64,000 bases of DNA, taken from the NCBI GenBank assembly GCA_963815215.1, contig CAWFFU010000003.1, positions 384,001 to 448,000 of the forward strand, given 5' to 3'. A model generated the notes under the pieces. That model saw only the letters and a program-made list of their open reading frames with translations. It had not been told where the DNA came from and did no database searches. Origin of the DNA: an uncultured Trueperaceae bacterium (lineage in GTDB: Bacteria; Deinococcota; Deinococci; Deinococcales; Trueperaceae). A program made the translations under genes and the position numbers. Shown here piece by piece: positions 10,991 to 21,523 of this stretch (position 1 is the stretch's first letter; every line of letters begins with the position of its first letter).

Positions 10991-12938
10991 CCGCCCCCGC
11001 CGACGCGACCCTCGCCTGTGGCTGCTCTTCGCGGTCTCGGTGGTGGCCCTCACGGCACTGCTGTTCAGCGTCTACGGCAACCGCCGCGCCTCGGCGTTGC
11101 GCGCTGGCGAGGTGAGCCCGCAGACGTTCGTGGCGCCCGTGGACACTCAGGTCATCGACCGCATCGCCACCGAACGCGAACGGCAGGCGGCACGGGCGCA
11201 GATCGGCACCGTGTACACGAGCGATCCCGAGCTCCAGAACCTCGTCACCAGCGCCGTCACGTCGTCGAGCCTGCCGCCCGACGTGGTCGACTACGTCGTC
11301 AACGCCTACGGTGATCCCAACGGCGTGAAGGACACGCAGATCCCCGCGCTGATTGACCAGGCGGTGCAGAAAGCACCTGCCGACCGCCAGCGCGAGGTGC
11401 GACTGCTCTTGCAGCGCTACCTCGTGGCCACGTCGGTGCCCGACTCCAAGCTCACCGAGGCGGCCCGCGACGCGGCGGCAGCGGCCGTCCAGCCGGTCAT
11501 GCAGTCGCTCCGTGCCGGCCAGGTGATCGTGCGCGAGGGGCAGACGCTGACCGAGGACAATCTGCGGGTGCTGGAAGCGTTGGGCCTGTACAGCGCCCGT
11601 ACGGCGCAGCTCAAAGGCACCTTCTGGATCCTGTTGGGTTCGCTGTTGCTGGCGTTGCTGCTGAGCGCTCCCGTGCTCTACGCCCGGCGCAGCCTGGCCC
11701 CCGGCCTGTCGGTGTCGCAGCTCACCTTCCTGGTGGTGCTCACGCTGGCGGTGGTGGCGGTCCAGCGGCTGGCGTTGCTGGCGTCGGGCAACTTCCTGTT
11801 CGGCCTGCTGGTCCCCCTGGTGGTGGCGGTGCTGATCTCCGAGGCCGCCGGGCTGATGTGGGCCGTGTGGATGGCGCTGGCCGTGGGACTGCTGGCACCG
11901 CTGGCGCCGATGTTCGCGCTGGGCACCACGTTGATCGGTTCGGTGGTGGCCTGCGTGCTGGTGCTCACGGTGCGCAGCCGCGTGGCGCTGCTGCTGGCGG
12001 GTGCCTTGGGCGGCCTCGCCAGTGGTGCCACACTGGTCGTGCTGGTGTTGCTCGGGGGCGGCATGACCGCGGGCGGCGCGGCGCTGGGAGCGCTGTTCTT
12101 GCTGGGCGCCGGGGTGCTCGCCGGGATCACCGCCCTGGGGCTGCTGCCACTGGCCGAGAGCGGATTCGGGTTCTTGACAGACTACCGGTTGCTCGAGCTC
12201 TCCAGCCCTACCAGCCCGCTGCTTCAGCGCCTGCTCATCGAGGCGCCAGGCACCTACCAGCACAGCCTGATCATCAGTAACCTGGTCGAGCAGGCGGTGC
12301 AGCACATCGGCGGCAATGCCCTGCTGGCACGGGTGGGCGCGCTGTACCACGACGTCGGGAAGATGCGCCGACCCCACTTCTTCGTCGAGAACCAGTTCAG
12401 CGGCGAGAACCCGCACGATCACGTGAGTCCTCACCTGAGTTATCTCATCATCACGAGCCATGTTCGCGACGGGCTGGAGTTGCTGCGCGAGTTCAAGTTG
12501 CCCCGCGAGCTGGCGCCCTACGTCGCGGAGCATCACGGCACCACCGTGCTGAGCTACTTCTACAAGCGTGCGCTCGAGGACGCATCGAACATCGACGAGC
12601 TGAACTTCCGCTATCCCGGACCGAAGCCGCACACCAAGGAGACGGCCGTCCTGATGCTGGCGGACACCGTCGAGTCGGCGTCGCGCACGCTGACCGAGCC
12701 GACCCAGTCGAGCATCCGCGCCATGATCGATCGGCTGTTCGACCAGCGGCTGCAGGACGAGCAGCTCTCGGAGAGTCTCCTGAACTTCCACGATATGGAG
12801 ATCATCGCCAACACCTTCGAGCGCATGCTCACAGCGATCCTCCACCGTCGTATCAGCTATCCTTCCCCGGAGGAGGTCAGATCGCTTCGCCGTGGCAGTG
12901 GAGATCCTCGACGAGACGCAGCGCTACCGACCGCTTGA
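10974..12938 (+). CDS. 7TM-HD phosphohydrolase (PgpH/YqfF-like, putative c-di-AMP phosphodiesterase)
   Basis: N-terminal TM plus extracytoplasmic domain, about 7 TMs, [42 protein letters not shown]; lies between phoH and ybeY. Confidence 0.88.
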
Positions 12939-13350
12939 ACGCCTGGAGCGCGCCCTGAGCGCGCTGATGGCGGAGCTCGGATCGGAGGGACAGGACCTGA
13001 CCGTGGTCCTGATCGGTGACGTGGCCATGCACGAGCGCAACGCGCGCGATCGCGGTGTCGATGCGCCCACGGACGTGCTGTCCTACCCGACCGCCGAGCC
13101 GGACGACGTGGGGTTCCCCTCGATCGGCCATCTCGGCGATATCTTCATCAGCCTCGACACGGCCGCGCGCCAGGCGCACGAGCGTGGCATCGCGCTGGAA
13201 CGCGAGGTGATGGTGCTGGCCGCGCACGGTCTCACCCACCTTCGCGGCCTCGATCACACCAGCGAGGCCGCGTGGGAGCCGTTCCGAGCCGCCGAGCGCC
13301 GCATCCTGACGTTGGCCGGCGCCGAACCGGTGCCCGAGGACGGCCCGTGA
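12892..13350 (+). CDS. ybeY: rRNA maturation endoribonuclease YbeY
   Basis: PTDVLSYP, LGDIFIS, H3xH5xH motif HGLTHLRGLDH. Confidence 0.93.
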   Translation: MAVEILDETQRYRPLERLERALSALMAELGSEGQDLTVVLIGDVAMHERNARDRGVDAPTDVLSYPTAEPDDVGFPSIGHLGDIFISLDTAARQAHERGIALEREVMVLAAHGLTHLRGLDHTSEAAWEPFRAAERRILTLAGAEPVPEDGP

Positions 13351-13718
13351 GGCGCGCGAGCTCCAGCCTTCCGATCGCTTTCTGGCACGCCGGACGCGGC
13401 GTATGGTTCGCGCTCCGGCGCGAGGCGAACTTACGCGTCGAGCTGATCCTCGGGCTGTCGGCGTTGGCGTTGGCGTGGTGGCTGGGGGCGCCCTTGGTAC
13501 CCGTGCTGCTGGCCGCCGGCCTGGTGCTCTCGGCGGAGCTCTTCAACAGCGCCCTGGAGAGCGTGGTCGACCTCGCCTCGCCCGACTTCGCCGAGCTGGC
13601 GCGGGCGGCCAAGGACATGGCGGCCGGCGGGGTGTTGATCGCGGCGACCTGCGCGCTGCTGGTGGGACTGGCGGTGCTGGGACCGCCACTGCTGGTCCGG
13701 TTGGGGATGCTGCATTGA
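13347..13718 (+). CDS. dgkA: Diacylglycerol/undecaprenol kinase (DgkA family)
   Basis: E-x-N, ELFNSALESVVD, AKDMAAGGV; GTGA overlap with ybeY. Confidence 0.88.
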   Translation: MRRASSSLPIAFWHAGRGVWFALRREANLRVELILGLSALALAWWLGAPLVPVLLAAGLVLSAELFNSALESVVDLASPDFAELARAAKDMAAGGVLIAATCALLVGLAVLGPPLLVRLGMLH

Positions 13719-14122
13719 GCACCCCGCCGGAGGATCTGCTGGCTGCGGCCCGACAGGCGCACGCCAACGCGTACGCCCCCTACTCGGGCTTCCACGTCGG
13801 TGCGGCGCTGCGCTCCGATGACGGTGTGATCGTCGCCGGGTCCAACGTGGAGAACGCCAGTCTGGGCCTGTCGCGCTGCGCCGAGCAGTCCGCGGTCCAG
13901 GCGCTGGCGACCCGCGGCGGCCGCCACTTCCGGGAGCTGGTGGTGTACACCGAGGCCGAGCCGCCCGCCAGCCCCTGCGGGGCGTGCCGCCAGGTGCTGT
14001 TCGAGTTCGCGCCGGACGCGACGGTGTATCTGGTGAATGGCGCCGGCGCCGTAGTGGTGACTACGGTGGACGATCTCCTGCCCCTCGGGTTCCGCTTGAG
14101 AGCCGGTGACGGCGCCGCTTAG
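13715..14122 (+). CDS. cdd: Cytidine deaminase
   Basis: AYAPYSGFHVGAAL, NVENAS, CAE, SPCGACRQ, LLPLGF; TTG start overlapping the dgkA stop. Confidence 0.93.
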   Translation: MSTPPEDLLAAARQAHANAYAPYSGFHVGAALRSDDGVIVAGSNVENASLGLSRCAEQSAVQALATRGGRHFRELVVYTEAEPPASPCGACRQVLFEFAPDATVYLVNGAGAVVVTTVDDLLPLGFRLRAGDGAA

Positions 14123-14156
14123 GCTTCTCACCCCCTCGGTGGTATCCTCCCCCCTG

Positions 14157-16292
14157 ATGATCAGGTCCCTACGCTTCCTCCTGCCGCTCGTCGTGGTGTT
14201 CGCGGCTGCGGCCTACGCGCAGTCGGCGCCCACTCGCGTGGTGGTGATGCCCTTCGCCGCCGACACCGCCGCGTCCACCTACCAGCTGGGGTTGCCGACC
14301 GCGCTCCAGCGTTCGCTCAACGAGATCCCCAACATCTACGTTCCGGCCGTCGGCGACGTCGCACTGGTGATGCAGAAGGCGCGGCAGGCGAGCAAGGACC
14401 CGTTGGCGACGGTGCGCTCGCTGTTCGGCGCCGACGCCATCGTGCAAGGCACGGTGAGCGGAAGCGGTGCCACCGTGACGGTCACCATGACGCTGGACCA
14501 GGGTGGCAAGCAGCAGACCGTCACCGCCCAGACCACCGACGGACGCCCGGTCACGCTGGCGCGAGCGGCCGCCAAGGCGCTGGCGCAGGCCCTGCGCCCC
14601 GATCTCGGTGCCACCGTGCTCGGCCGGATCGATGCGGCGGCGGCGCAGACTCCGTCGCTCCCAAGCCTTGCCCCGGTGGCGTTGGCGGCCTCGCGCCTTC
14701 CCGGCACCAAGCCCGACGACCTCAAGACGGCCATGCAGCTCGACCCCGACTCGGCTTGGGTCAAGGTCGAGTACGCCCGTCTGCTGGCCCTCGGAGGGGA
14801 CGCCAAGGGTGGCGTTCCGATCGCCCAGCAGGCGGTGGCGGCGCAGCCCGACGACGTCGAAGCCCAGGTCGTGCTGGGAGTGGTCCTGCAGGCCGACAAC
14901 CAGAACCAGCAGGCGGCGGCGGCATTCCAGAAGGCGCTCGCCCTCAACCCCGCCAATGCCGTGGCCTTGACCGGTCTGGCACGGATGGAGAGCGACAAGA
15001 CCAAGGCCACCCAGGACCTGCAGGCGGCCATCCAAGCCTACCCCCGCATGGTCGATGCCTACCTACAGCTCGCCAGCCTGCAGAGCAGCCCTCAGCGCTC
15101 GCTGCAGACGCTTCGCAACGCCGAGACCTCGCTGCCGGAGTCGCTGGCGCTCCAGCGCGCGGTGGTCCAGCAGGTGCTGGCGATGGGCGACGACAAGGGC
15201 GCGCTCGCCTACCTGCAGCAGGCCGTGCAGGACCCGATGGCGTCCTCCGCGGGGCTGTACGCCCTGGCGAGGCTGCTGCCCGCCGACGTCACGCCTGGCG
15301 CGCTGAGCCTGGTGCGTGATGGAGAGAAGGTCTACCCGAACGCCGTGCTGCTCAAGGCGGCCGAGGGCGAGCTGCTGGTCCGGCAAGGCGACTACGCCGG
15401 TGCCGAAGGGGTCCTAGCGCCGCTCCATAGCGCCAACCCCAAGGACGGCGGCATCGCCAACCTGCTGAGTGTGGCGCAGGCGCGTCAGGGCAAGATGGAT
15501 GCGGCGCGACAGACCTTCGAGAGCGTGAACGGCACGGGCCCCAGCGCCGAGGGCGATCTGGCCGCGATCTACCTCGCCGCGGGCCGGGCGGAAGCGGCCC
15601 TGAAGGTCCTCGACCCCCTCGTCAACGGTAGCGGCGCCAAGCCGACGGCGCAGATCCTGGCGTACTACGGCCTGGCCCTCGGCCGCATCGGCAAGCTCGA
15701 CCAAGCCCAGGCCGAGCTCGAGAAGGCGCTCAAGGCGCAACCGAAGCTGGCGATCGCCGAGCGCGGACTGAGCTTCCTGAAGCAGCAGCGACAGCTCACC
15801 GGTGGTGCACAGGTCGCGTTCAGCGCGGAGGCGGGTGCAGCGTTCCAGCAGGGCATCTACGCTCTCGAGGTGCAGGACTACCCGACGGCCGTGCAGGCCT
15901 TCCAGCGGGCACGCAAGCTCGATGACAACGGCCTTGCTGCCTTCTTCGAAGGGTACGCCCAGCAGCTCACCGGCAACCCGCGCTCCGCGGTCGATAGCTA
16001 CCAGGTGGCGCTGAAGGCCTTCCCGGAGAGCGACATCGTGCTCAACGACCTCGGGTACGCTCACCTGCAGCTCGGCCGCTTCGACCTCGCACTCGAGCAG
16101 CTCGGCAAGGCATTGAAGGCCAATCCCGACAACGCCCAGGCGCACCTGAACATGGGACTCACGTACTACGGGCTGGGCCGCTACAAGGACGCCATCGGCG
16201 AGTTCGACCAGGCGGTCAAGCTCGATCCCAACCTCAAGTCGACCGTGGCCCAGGTGCGTCAGCAGGCGCAGCAGAAGGCCGGGGCGCAGTAA
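14157..16292 (+). CDS. Exported tetratricopeptide-repeat protein
   Basis: Signal peptide (AYA-Q), N-terminal VVVMPF alpha/beta domain, many TPR units (e.g. AHLNMGLTYYGLGRYKDAIGEFDQAVKLDP). Confidence 0.85.
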   Translation: MIRSLRFLLPLVVVFAAAAYAQSAPTRVVVMPFAADTAASTYQLGLPTALQRSLNEIPNIYVPAVGDVALVMQKARQASKDPLATVRSLFGADAIVQGTVSGSGATVTVTMTLDQGGKQQTVTAQTTDGRPVTLARAAAKALAQALRPDLGATVLGRIDAAAAQTPSLPSLAPVALAASRLPGTKPDDLKTAMQLDPDSAWVKVEYARLLALGGDAKGGVPIAQQAVAAQPDDVEAQVVLGVVLQADNQNQQAAAAFQKALALNPANAVALTGLARMESDKTKATQDLQAAIQAYPRMVDAYLQLASLQSSPQRSLQTLRNAETSLPESLALQRAVVQQVLAMGDDKGALAYLQQAVQDPMASSAGLYALARLLPADVTPGALSLVRDGEKVYPNAVLLKAAEGELLVRQGDYAGAEGVLAPLHSANPKDGGIANLLSVAQARQGKMDAARQTFESVNGTGPSAEGDLAAIYLAAGRAEAALKVLDPLVNGSGAKPTAQILAYYGLALGRIGKLDQAQAELEKALKAQPKLAIAERGLSFLKQQRQLTGGAQVAFSAEAGAAFQQGIYALEVQDYPTAVQAFQRARKLDDNGLAAFFEGYAQQLTGNPRSAVDSYQVALKAFPESDIVLNDLGYAHLQLGRFDLALEQLGKALKANPDNAQAHLNMGLTYYGLGRYKDAIGEFDQAVKLDPNLKSTVAQVRQQAQQKAGAQ

Positions 16293-16320
16293 CCTCGCCC
16301 TCTTGCGCTAGCATGACGCC

Positions 16321-17391
16321 ATGAGCATTAGGGCCAGCGTGCGCGCCCTGGCGCGTTACCACTTCACGCCGAGGACCTCATCGGTGAAGCTGGACCAGAA
16401 CGAGGGTCCCTCCGATCTTCCGGAGATGGTGCGCGAGTTGGCGCTCGAGCGGCTGCGAAGCGCGGCCTGGCACCGCTACCCGGAACTGCATCCGAGGGCG
16501 CTGGAGGAAGCCATCGGCGCCCGCCACGACTGGGATCCCGACGGCGTGGTCGTCAGCAACGGCTCCAACGTGCTCCTCCAGGCGCTGGTCATCGTTGCCG
16601 GCATCGGGCAGAGCGTGCTCACGGTGACGCCGACGTTCGCGGTCTACGGTATGCAGGCCCGCCTGCTGGCGGCGGAGCTGATCGAGGTGCCGCTCGAGGG
16701 CGCCGGCTTCGCCCTCCCCGTCGACGGCCTGCGGGGTGCCATGGCCGGGCGCCGCGGGATCGCCTTCCTTCCGAATCCTGCGGCGCCGACCGGCAACGTG
16801 CACCCGCTACAGGAGCTGACGGCGGTGCTCGAGGCCGGAGGCGACGACTGGCTGGTCGTGCTCGACGAGGCGTACGGTGAGTTCGCTGGCACCGACCATC
16901 GCGACCTGGTCGCCGCTCACCCGCACGCGATCTCGCTCCGCACCTTCAGCAAGGCCTTCGGCCTGGCGGGCGTGAGGATCGGATACGCCCTGATGAGCCC
17001 GGATCTGGCGGCGGACGTGCGCAAGGGCCTGCTGCCGTTCTCGCTCTCCTCGCTCCAGGCCGCGGTGGCCATGGCGGCGCTGCAGCACCCGGAGTACGTC
17101 GAGGAACGCGTCAGGCAGGCTAGAGGCGAGCGCGAGCGGCTGCTCGCCGGGCTGGCGTCGCTTCCGGAGGTGGAACCGATGCCGTCGAGAACGAACTTCG
17201 TGCTGTTCCGCGTACCCGACGCGGAGGCCGTGTACCGGGGGCTCCTGGAGCATGACATCGCGGTCCGGCGCCAGGACCATCTGGCGGGGCTCGAGGGTTG
17301 CCTGCGCGTGACGGCGGGCGCGCCAGCCGAGACCGACGCCTTCCTCGAGACACTGCAGGTCGTGCTGCGGGCGGAGGTCGTCGGTGGCTAG
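16321..17391 (+). CDS. hisC: Histidinol-phosphate aminotransferase
   Basis: KLDQNE, RYP, NGSN, PNPAAPTG, DEAY, RTFSKAFGLAGVRIGY. Confidence 0.93.
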   Translation: MSIRASVRALARYHFTPRTSSVKLDQNEGPSDLPEMVRELALERLRSAAWHRYPELHPRALEEAIGARHDWDPDGVVVSNGSNVLLQALVIVAGIGQSVLTVTPTFAVYGMQARLLAAELIEVPLEGAGFALPVDGLRGAMAGRRGIAFLPNPAAPTGNVHPLQELTAVLEAGGDDWLVVLDEAYGEFAGTDHRDLVAAHPHAISLRTFSKAFGLAGVRIGYALMSPDLAADVRKGLLPFSLSSLQAAVAMAALQHPEYVEERVRQARGERERLLAGLASLPEVEPMPSRTNFVLFRVPDAEAVYRGLLEHDIAVRRQDHLAGLEGCLRVTAGAPAETDAFLETLQVVLRAEVVGG

Positions 17392-17965
17392 GCGTGCGGA
17401 CGTCGAGCGCGTGACCGGCGAGACCACGGTGCGCGTGGCAGTCGACCTCGACGGCGGCGCCGCGGGACGGGCCGACACCGGTCACGGGTTCTTCGATCAC
17501 ATGCTGGATCAGCTCATCCGGCACGGCCGGCTGACCCTCGAGGTGTCCGCCCAGGGCGATCTGCACGTCGACGTGCATCACCTGGTGGAGGACTGCGGCA
17601 TCACCCTGGGGCAGGCGGTGGCGCAGGCCCTGGCCGACCGCGCGGGCATCGAGCGCTACGCCGATGCCTTCGTGCCCATGGACGAGACGCTGGCGCAAGT
17701 GGTGCTCGACCTATCGGGTCGGCCCACGCTGATCTTCGAGCCCGCCGGTTTCGTTGGCGATGCAGGCGGTTTCAATGCCTACCACCTACGGGAGTTCCTG
17801 CGCGGTTTCGTCAACCACGCCGGTGCCACCGTGCACGTGCGCGTTCTCGCCGGCGAGGAGACCCACCACGTGGTGGAGGCCGTGATGAAGGCCTTCGCCC
17901 GGGCGCTCTTCGCGGCCACCCGCGTGACGCACGACGGCGTGCCGTCGACGAAGGGGACGCTCTGA
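17384..17965 (+). CDS. hisB: Imidazoleglycerol-phosphate dehydratase
   Basis: TGHGFFDHML, GDLHVDVHHLVED, PMDE, HHVVEAVMKA, PSTKGTL. Confidence 0.96.
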   Translation: MARRADVERVTGETTVRVAVDLDGGAAGRADTGHGFFDHMLDQLIRHGRLTLEVSAQGDLHVDVHHLVEDCGITLGQAVAQALADRAGIERYADAFVPMDETLAQVVLDLSGRPTLIFEPAGFVGDAGGFNAYHLREFLRGFVNHAGATVHVRVLAGEETHHVVEAVMKAFARALFAATRVTHDGVPSTKGTL

Positions 17966-17969
17966 GCAT

Positions 17970-18599
17970 ATGCGAACCGTGTTGATCGACTACGGAGCCG
18001 GCAACCTCCATAGCGTCGAACGCGCCCTGCAGCGCACGGGTCTGGCCGTGGAACGGCACCACGATCCGCTCCTGGCGGCCGGAGCGGACGTGTTGGTGCT
18101 CCCCGGTCAGGGGCATTTCGGACAGGTGATGACGGCCTTCCGCACCTCAGGCTTCGAGCCGCTGGTGCGCGAGCACGTGCGCGCCGGTCGCCCCTTCCTC
18201 GGCATCTGCGTGGGGCTGCAGCTGCTGCTCGACGCCTCCGAGGAGGCACCCGATGTGCCGGGGCTGGGCCTGCTCGCGGGCACGGCCCGCCGCTTCCCGG
18301 CCGACGGCGTGAGCGTTCCGCACATGGGGTGGAACCAGATCCGGCGGCACCGTGAGCCGGCGCTGCTCCAGGGCATCGCCGACGACGCCTTCGTCTACTT
18401 CGCGCACTCGTACTACGTCAGCTTCGAACAACTCGATGTTCCCGGCGCCTTCACCCGCTACGGCCCCGTCGACTTCAAGAGTGCCATCTCGCACGGTGCG
18501 CTCCACGCCACGCAGTTCCACCCGGAGAAGAGCCAGGCGGTGGGACTCACGGTCCTGGCGAACTTCGCGCGCCTGGCCCATGCAACGGTGGAGGCCTAG
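17970..18599 (+). CDS. hisH: Imidazole glycerol phosphate synthase, glutaminase subunit
   Basis: IDYGAGNLHSV, LPGQG, GICVGLQ, PHMGWN, YFAHSY, QFHPEKS. Confidence 0.96.
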   Translation: MRTVLIDYGAGNLHSVERALQRTGLAVERHHDPLLAAGADVLVLPGQGHFGQVMTAFRTSGFEPLVREHVRAGRPFLGICVGLQLLLDASEEAPDVPGLGLLAGTARRFPADGVSVPHMGWNQIRRHREPALLQGIADDAFVYFAHSYYVSFEQLDVPGAFTRYGPVDFKSAISHGALHATQFHPEKSQAVGLTVLANFARLAHATVEA

Positions 18600-18600
18600 C

Positions 18601-19338
18601 GTGCGGCGCGCGCGCGGGTACCGCGCGGCGCCGGCTACACGCTGGGCGGCGCTGCCGGCGCTGTTGCTGCTGGCCCTGGCGCTGGCGTCGGCCTCGGCGC
18701 AGGGCGGCGCCTGGACCGTCCAGACGGTGGCGCTGCGCGATCTTCGCCAGGCCGACGTCGTGGTCGCCCAGCTCCGCAACCTCGGGTTCGACGCCTACGA
18801 CGAGTTCGGCATGAACGACGGCAAGCAGTTCGTGCGCGTGCGCGTCGGTTGTTACACCGACAGAGCTGCGGCACAGGCGGCTGCGACCGCCCTCGCCAAG
18901 CACGTGACGGAACAGGCGGTCCCGACGGAGCTGTCGGCGGGCGCCAAACCGGCCCGCTGCATCCGGGAGGACATCGGCTTCCTGAAGCCTGCGGCCTGGA
19001 AGCGCATCGAAGCTACCAACGGGCTCCCGACCTTCCGTGTCCGGATCGCCGATCGTAGCGCCGACGTGGTGTTCGACGGTTCGGGCTGGCGGGTGGTGCA
19101 GGACGGCGCCGCTTCCCCGGTGACCGCCGCCGTCACCGGCAGCGCAGCGTTCGTCGTGGCGCACCCGGGTGGGGTGGCGTGGGTGGCCGAAGAGGTGCCG
19201 AGCGGGACGCGTCTTCTCTGCCCCGGCACATTGATCGGACACGCCGGTGAGTCCGCCATCGTCGAACGTACCGGCGAGGTCGTGGCGTGCAGCTTCGCGC
19301 CCCGCCCGAGCCGCCTCGCTGCCGGCAAGAGCCCATGA
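18601..19338 (+). CDS. Exported protein with an N-terminal SPOR-like domain
   Basis: Signal peptide, then WTVQTVAL...VAQLRNLGFDAY...FVRVRVGCYTDRAAA (SPOR pattern); stop overlaps the rapZ start. Confidence 0.65.
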   Translation: MRRARGYRAAPATRWAALPALLLLALALASASAQGGAWTVQTVALRDLRQADVVVAQLRNLGFDAYDEFGMNDGKQFVRVRVGCYTDRAAAQAAATALAKHVTEQAVPTELSAGAKPARCIREDIGFLKPAAWKRIEATNGLPTFRVRIADRSADVVFDGSGWRVVQDGAASPVTAAVTGSAAFVVAHPGGVAWVAEEVPSGTRLLCPGTLIGHAGESAIVERTGEVVACSFAPRPSRLAAGKSP

Positions 19339-20186
19339 GCGGACGGCTCGTCGTCCTCACTGGGCTCAGCGGATCGGGCAAGACAACGGCGCTGCACGCA
19401 CTGGAGGACATCGGCTTCTACACCGTCGACAATCTGCTCCCGGCGCTGTGGGAGGGCCTGGTCGACGCCGCCGGCAGTGGCGAGAACGCCATCGCCATCG
19501 GTGTCGACATCCGCACCCGTGCCTTCCTGGCCGCCGCACCCGCCGCCCTGGCGGCGTTGCGCGCACGCGGGCTGGCGGTGACGGTGGTGTTCCTCGATGC
19601 CAGCGATCCGACGCTGGTACGTCGATACAACTTCACGCGCCGTACGCACCCCCTGGCCGAGGGAACGCTCACAGCCGACCTGACGCAGGAGCGGCGCGCC
19701 CTGGAGGGCATTCGCGCGCTGGCCGACGTTGTCATCGACACCACCGCCACCAGCGCCCGCGAGCTGACGCAGGACTTGTGGGATCGCTTCGGCCAGGAGG
19801 GGGACTTCCTGTTGCGGGTTCTCTCCTTCGGCTACAAGCGGGGTGTCCCCACCGATGTGGACAGCGTGCTGGACGTTCGCGCGCTCCCCAACCCGTACTA
19901 CGATCCGACGCTCAAGCCTCTGCCCGGCACGTCGCCGGAGGTCCAGTCGTTCGTGTTCACGCCGAGCTCCTTCGAGCTCTACACCCGGTTGCGCGAGCTG
20001 GTGCGGGCGCTGGCGGCCGGCGCGCGTACCGAGGGGCGGTCGAGCTACAGCGTCGCCATCGGATGCACCGGCGGGCAACACCGCTCCGTGGCCGTAGCGG
20101 AGCGGCTCACCCACGATCTGGCCGATGCCTTCCGCACCCGGGCGCAGCATCGTGACCTGGAGGAAGCCTTGCGGGAGAACGCGTGA
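19335..20186 (+). CDS. rapZ: RNase adapter RapZ/YvcJ (P-loop ATPase)
   Basis: TGLSGSGKT, LEDIGFYTVDNL, RRTHPL, SFGYKRG, DVRALPNPYY, IGCTGGQHRSV. Confidence 0.95.
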   Translation: MSGRLVVLTGLSGSGKTTALHALEDIGFYTVDNLLPALWEGLVDAAGSGENAIAIGVDIRTRAFLAAAPAALAALRARGLAVTVVFLDASDPTLVRRYNFTRRTHPLAEGTLTADLTQERRALEGIRALADVVIDTTATSARELTQDLWDRFGQEGDFLLRVLSFGYKRGVPTDVDSVLDVRALPNPYYDPTLKPLPGTSPEVQSFVFTPSSFELYTRLRELVRALAAGARTEGRSSYSVAIGCTGGQHRSVAVAERLTHDLADAFRTRAQHRDLEEALRENA

Positions 20187-21523
20187 GGGGTCTTCGCGAC
20201 CGCTTCGACACCGTGTTGACGTGGCGCTTCTGGCTGACGCCGGGCATGGGCGTCAAGCGCCACGTGGTGCTGGCGGTGGCGGGAGCGCTGCTGTTGGTGC
20301 TCGGTGTGATCGGCGGGGTGTTGTGGGCCTTGAACGGGCGACGCCGCGAGCTCTCGAGCCCGATCGAGCACGTACTGGTGAGCGGCGCGTGGCGCGCCGC
20401 CGGCATCTATGTGGCATTGGCGCTGGTGTTGCTGGGTGTGTTGATCGCGGTGATCGCGGTGGGACGCCTCAACCGCTCGCTGCTGTCGAATTGGATGCCC
20501 AGCCCGAGCCAGGCCGCCGTGTTGCTCCACCGCCGGCTCTCGTTGGCGAGGGGACCACGCATCGTTGCGCTGGGCGGCGGCACCGGCCTCAGCAACCTGC
20601 TTCGTGGGCTGCGCGGCCATACCTCCAACGTCACCGCGGTGGTCACCGTCAGCGATGATGGAGGTTCCTCGGGGAGGCTGCGCGAGGCGTTCGACATGCC
20701 GCCTCCGGGCGATCTCACCGATTGCCTGGCCGCGCTCAGCGACAACGAGCTGGAGGTCGGCCGTCTGCTGCAGTATCGCTTCTCGCGAGGCGAGGAACTC
20801 AAGGGGCACACCTTCGGGAACCTCTTCATCACGACGCTCACGGAGGTGGAGGGCGACTTCGGACAGGCGATCCGGGTCCTCAACCGTCTGCTGAACCTGG
20901 CGGGCGCGGTCTACCCGGTCACCGGGATGCCGTTGACGCTGCTGGTGACGAAGGCCGACGGGAAGGTCATCCGGGGCGAGAGCCGCACGCGGGAGTGCGC
21001 GGGGCCGGCGCGTTCGCTGGCACTCGAGCCGGAGGCGCCTGAGGCCATACCGGAGGTGATCGAGGCGCTACGGCGGGCGGATCTGGTGGTCCTCGGCCCG
21101 GGCAGTCTCTTCACCAGCACGCTCCCCCCCATCCTGGTGCCTACCGTCGGCGATGCCCTTCGGAGCAGCGCCGCGAGGATCGTCTACGTGTGCAACATCA
21201 TGACCGAGGCCGGCGAGACCGACGCCTTCGATGCGTACGCGCACGTCGACACGCTGGCGCGCCACCTGGGTCGCCTGCCCGATGTCGTCGTCCTCAACAG
21301 CACGCCGGTCGATGAGGAGCGCATCCGGGCCTACCGCGCTGAAGGGGCGGCCGTCGTCGAACCGGCCTCGGAGCGGTTCGGCGAGATCGGGGTCGAGGTG
21401 CTCCACCTCCCGCTGCTGGGCAGCGGCCCCGTTGCTCAGCACGACAGTGAACGTCTGGCGGCCTGGCTCGTCGAGCACGCCCGCAGCCACGCGGTTGCGC
21501 GAAAGGCAGGTCCGCGATCATGA
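20183..21523 (+). CDS. yvcK: YvcK/GlmR (UDP-GlcNAc-binding gluconeogenesis factor) with N-terminal TM helices
   Basis: LGGGTGLSNLLRGL, VTVSDDGGSSGRLR, PPGD, GHTFGNL, GPGSLFTS, NIMTEAGET, HD. Confidence 0.92.
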   Translation: MRGLRDRFDTVLTWRFWLTPGMGVKRHVVLAVAGALLLVLGVIGGVLWALNGRRRELSSPIEHVLVSGAWRAAGIYVALALVLLGVLIAVIAVGRLNRSLLSNWMPSPSQAAVLLHRRLSLARGPRIVALGGGTGLSNLLRGLRGHTSNVTAVVTVSDDGGSSGRLREAFDMPPPGDLTDCLAALSDNELEVGRLLQYRFSRGEELKGHTFGNLFITTLTEVEGDFGQAIRVLNRLLNLAGAVYPVTGMPLTLLVTKADGKVIRGESRTRECAGPARSLALEPEAPEAIPEVIEALRRADLVVLGPGSLFTSTLPPILVPTVGDALRSSAARIVYVCNIMTEAGETDAFDAYAHVDTLARHLGRLPDVVVLNSTPVDEERIRAYRAEGAAVVEPASERFGEIGVEVLHLPLLGSGPVAQHDSERLAAWLVEHARSHAVARKAGPRS